A stretch of 64,000 nt of DNA from Lama glama. Taxonomy: Eukaryota. The first letter of the stretch is position 1; each line of letters starts with the position of its first letter. The translations under genes and the position numbers were made by a program. The stretch covers positions 22,074,001 to 22,138,000 of the forward strand of contig CM052816.1 of NCBI GenBank assembly GCA_028534125.1. The letters are read 5' to 3'. The notes beneath the pieces were generated by a model. That model was not told the DNA's origin. It was given only the letters and a program-made list of their open reading frames with translations, and did not search any database. Shown here one piece after another: positions 63,170-64,000 of the stretch.

Positions 63170-64000
63170 ATACATTTATAGTTTACTAACTGTTAAAACC
63201 TCATTGGCTTTCTATACAAGATGATTTCAGATGTTCTGCTTTGTCTTTTTGTTTAGAAATAATTTATAGTTATATTTTATATTAGTTTATATAATTTATA
63301 AAATAAATATATAAAATAATTCAATTATTTATATAGCATTTACATTTTTATAAAAATGTATAATGGTTTGAAGCTTTACAAAGCCAGCATACATTGATTG
63401 CTTTATTTGTTAGTAGTTTGAAAGACCTTTTTAAACCTAAAGATTTCATCGGTATGCCTTAGCATCACAGTATTTCATATTCAGAGGAAATGCATTCTTA
63501 AATGACTGTCCTTTGGTGTAGATTCCTAGTAATGTGTTGATCAGGGCATTCCCCTTTGTTGCAGTTACTTCATTTGAATTGGTGAGAATATGAAATGGAG
63601 ATCACAAGAAAATTTTTAAAGTACTGGAAGTGAAAAATCATTTATTCACATAATCATGTATTTTAGTTATTTGATAAATTACTGACTTCAAAATATGTTT
63701 GTTTTTTTTTTGTTCAGTAAGTAAGAGAGTAGTCATTATTTCTGAAGACACAATGTGGTATAGTGTATCATCAGAGTGGTGGTGGGTTCACCTGCTCAAT
63801 ATAGAATTTGGCCTGTTTGTTTGTTTCATGGTATTGTTGCACGGAGAGATTTTGCATGCTAGGCTTACCATACAATTCGCTAGAACGGCAGATTCTATGA
63901 GATGATTGGTAGAACAAGGAAAAGGATGAGGTCATCTTCACTTACAGGCCAATCTAAAGGAAAAGAGAGTTTGTTCTTTTGTGGTGGTGTTTGCTACAGT

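Noticed and set aside
1..64000. CRISPR arrays, operons or other prokaryotic systems
   Set aside because: The window is mammalian intronic DNA with spliceosomal exons; there is no repeat-spacer array or dense ORF organisation.

Overview
This is mammalian intronic DNA, almost certainly camelid: it has two Vic-1-type tRNA-derived SINEs and a lineage-specific young L1 family. The window lies inside RAPGEF6 (PDZ-GEF2) on the + strand. Five internal coding exons (109-179, 1312-1368, 5449-5532, 34320-34389, 47977-48120; exons 2-6 by recalled human numbering) splice in frame through GT-AG sites. The rest is intron, dominated by nested L1s plus ERVL, MLT1, MIR, L2, Tigger and MER3 fossils, with one 500-N gap. 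Most notable are: (1) a decayed but apparently full-length piggyBac transposase (~58433-60142, minus) with a TTAA end and palindromic subterminal repeats; (2) an L1 whose ORF1 is joined directly to the ORF2 tail at a splice-like junction; (3) a TSD-bounded young L1 with a CpG-rich promoter, a candidate poison exon and foreign DNA next to the gap; (4) a sense L1 just downstream of exon 6 that could give an in-frame truncating fusion. Repeat family names come from motif recognition, not database searches, and boundaries of old repeats are approximate.
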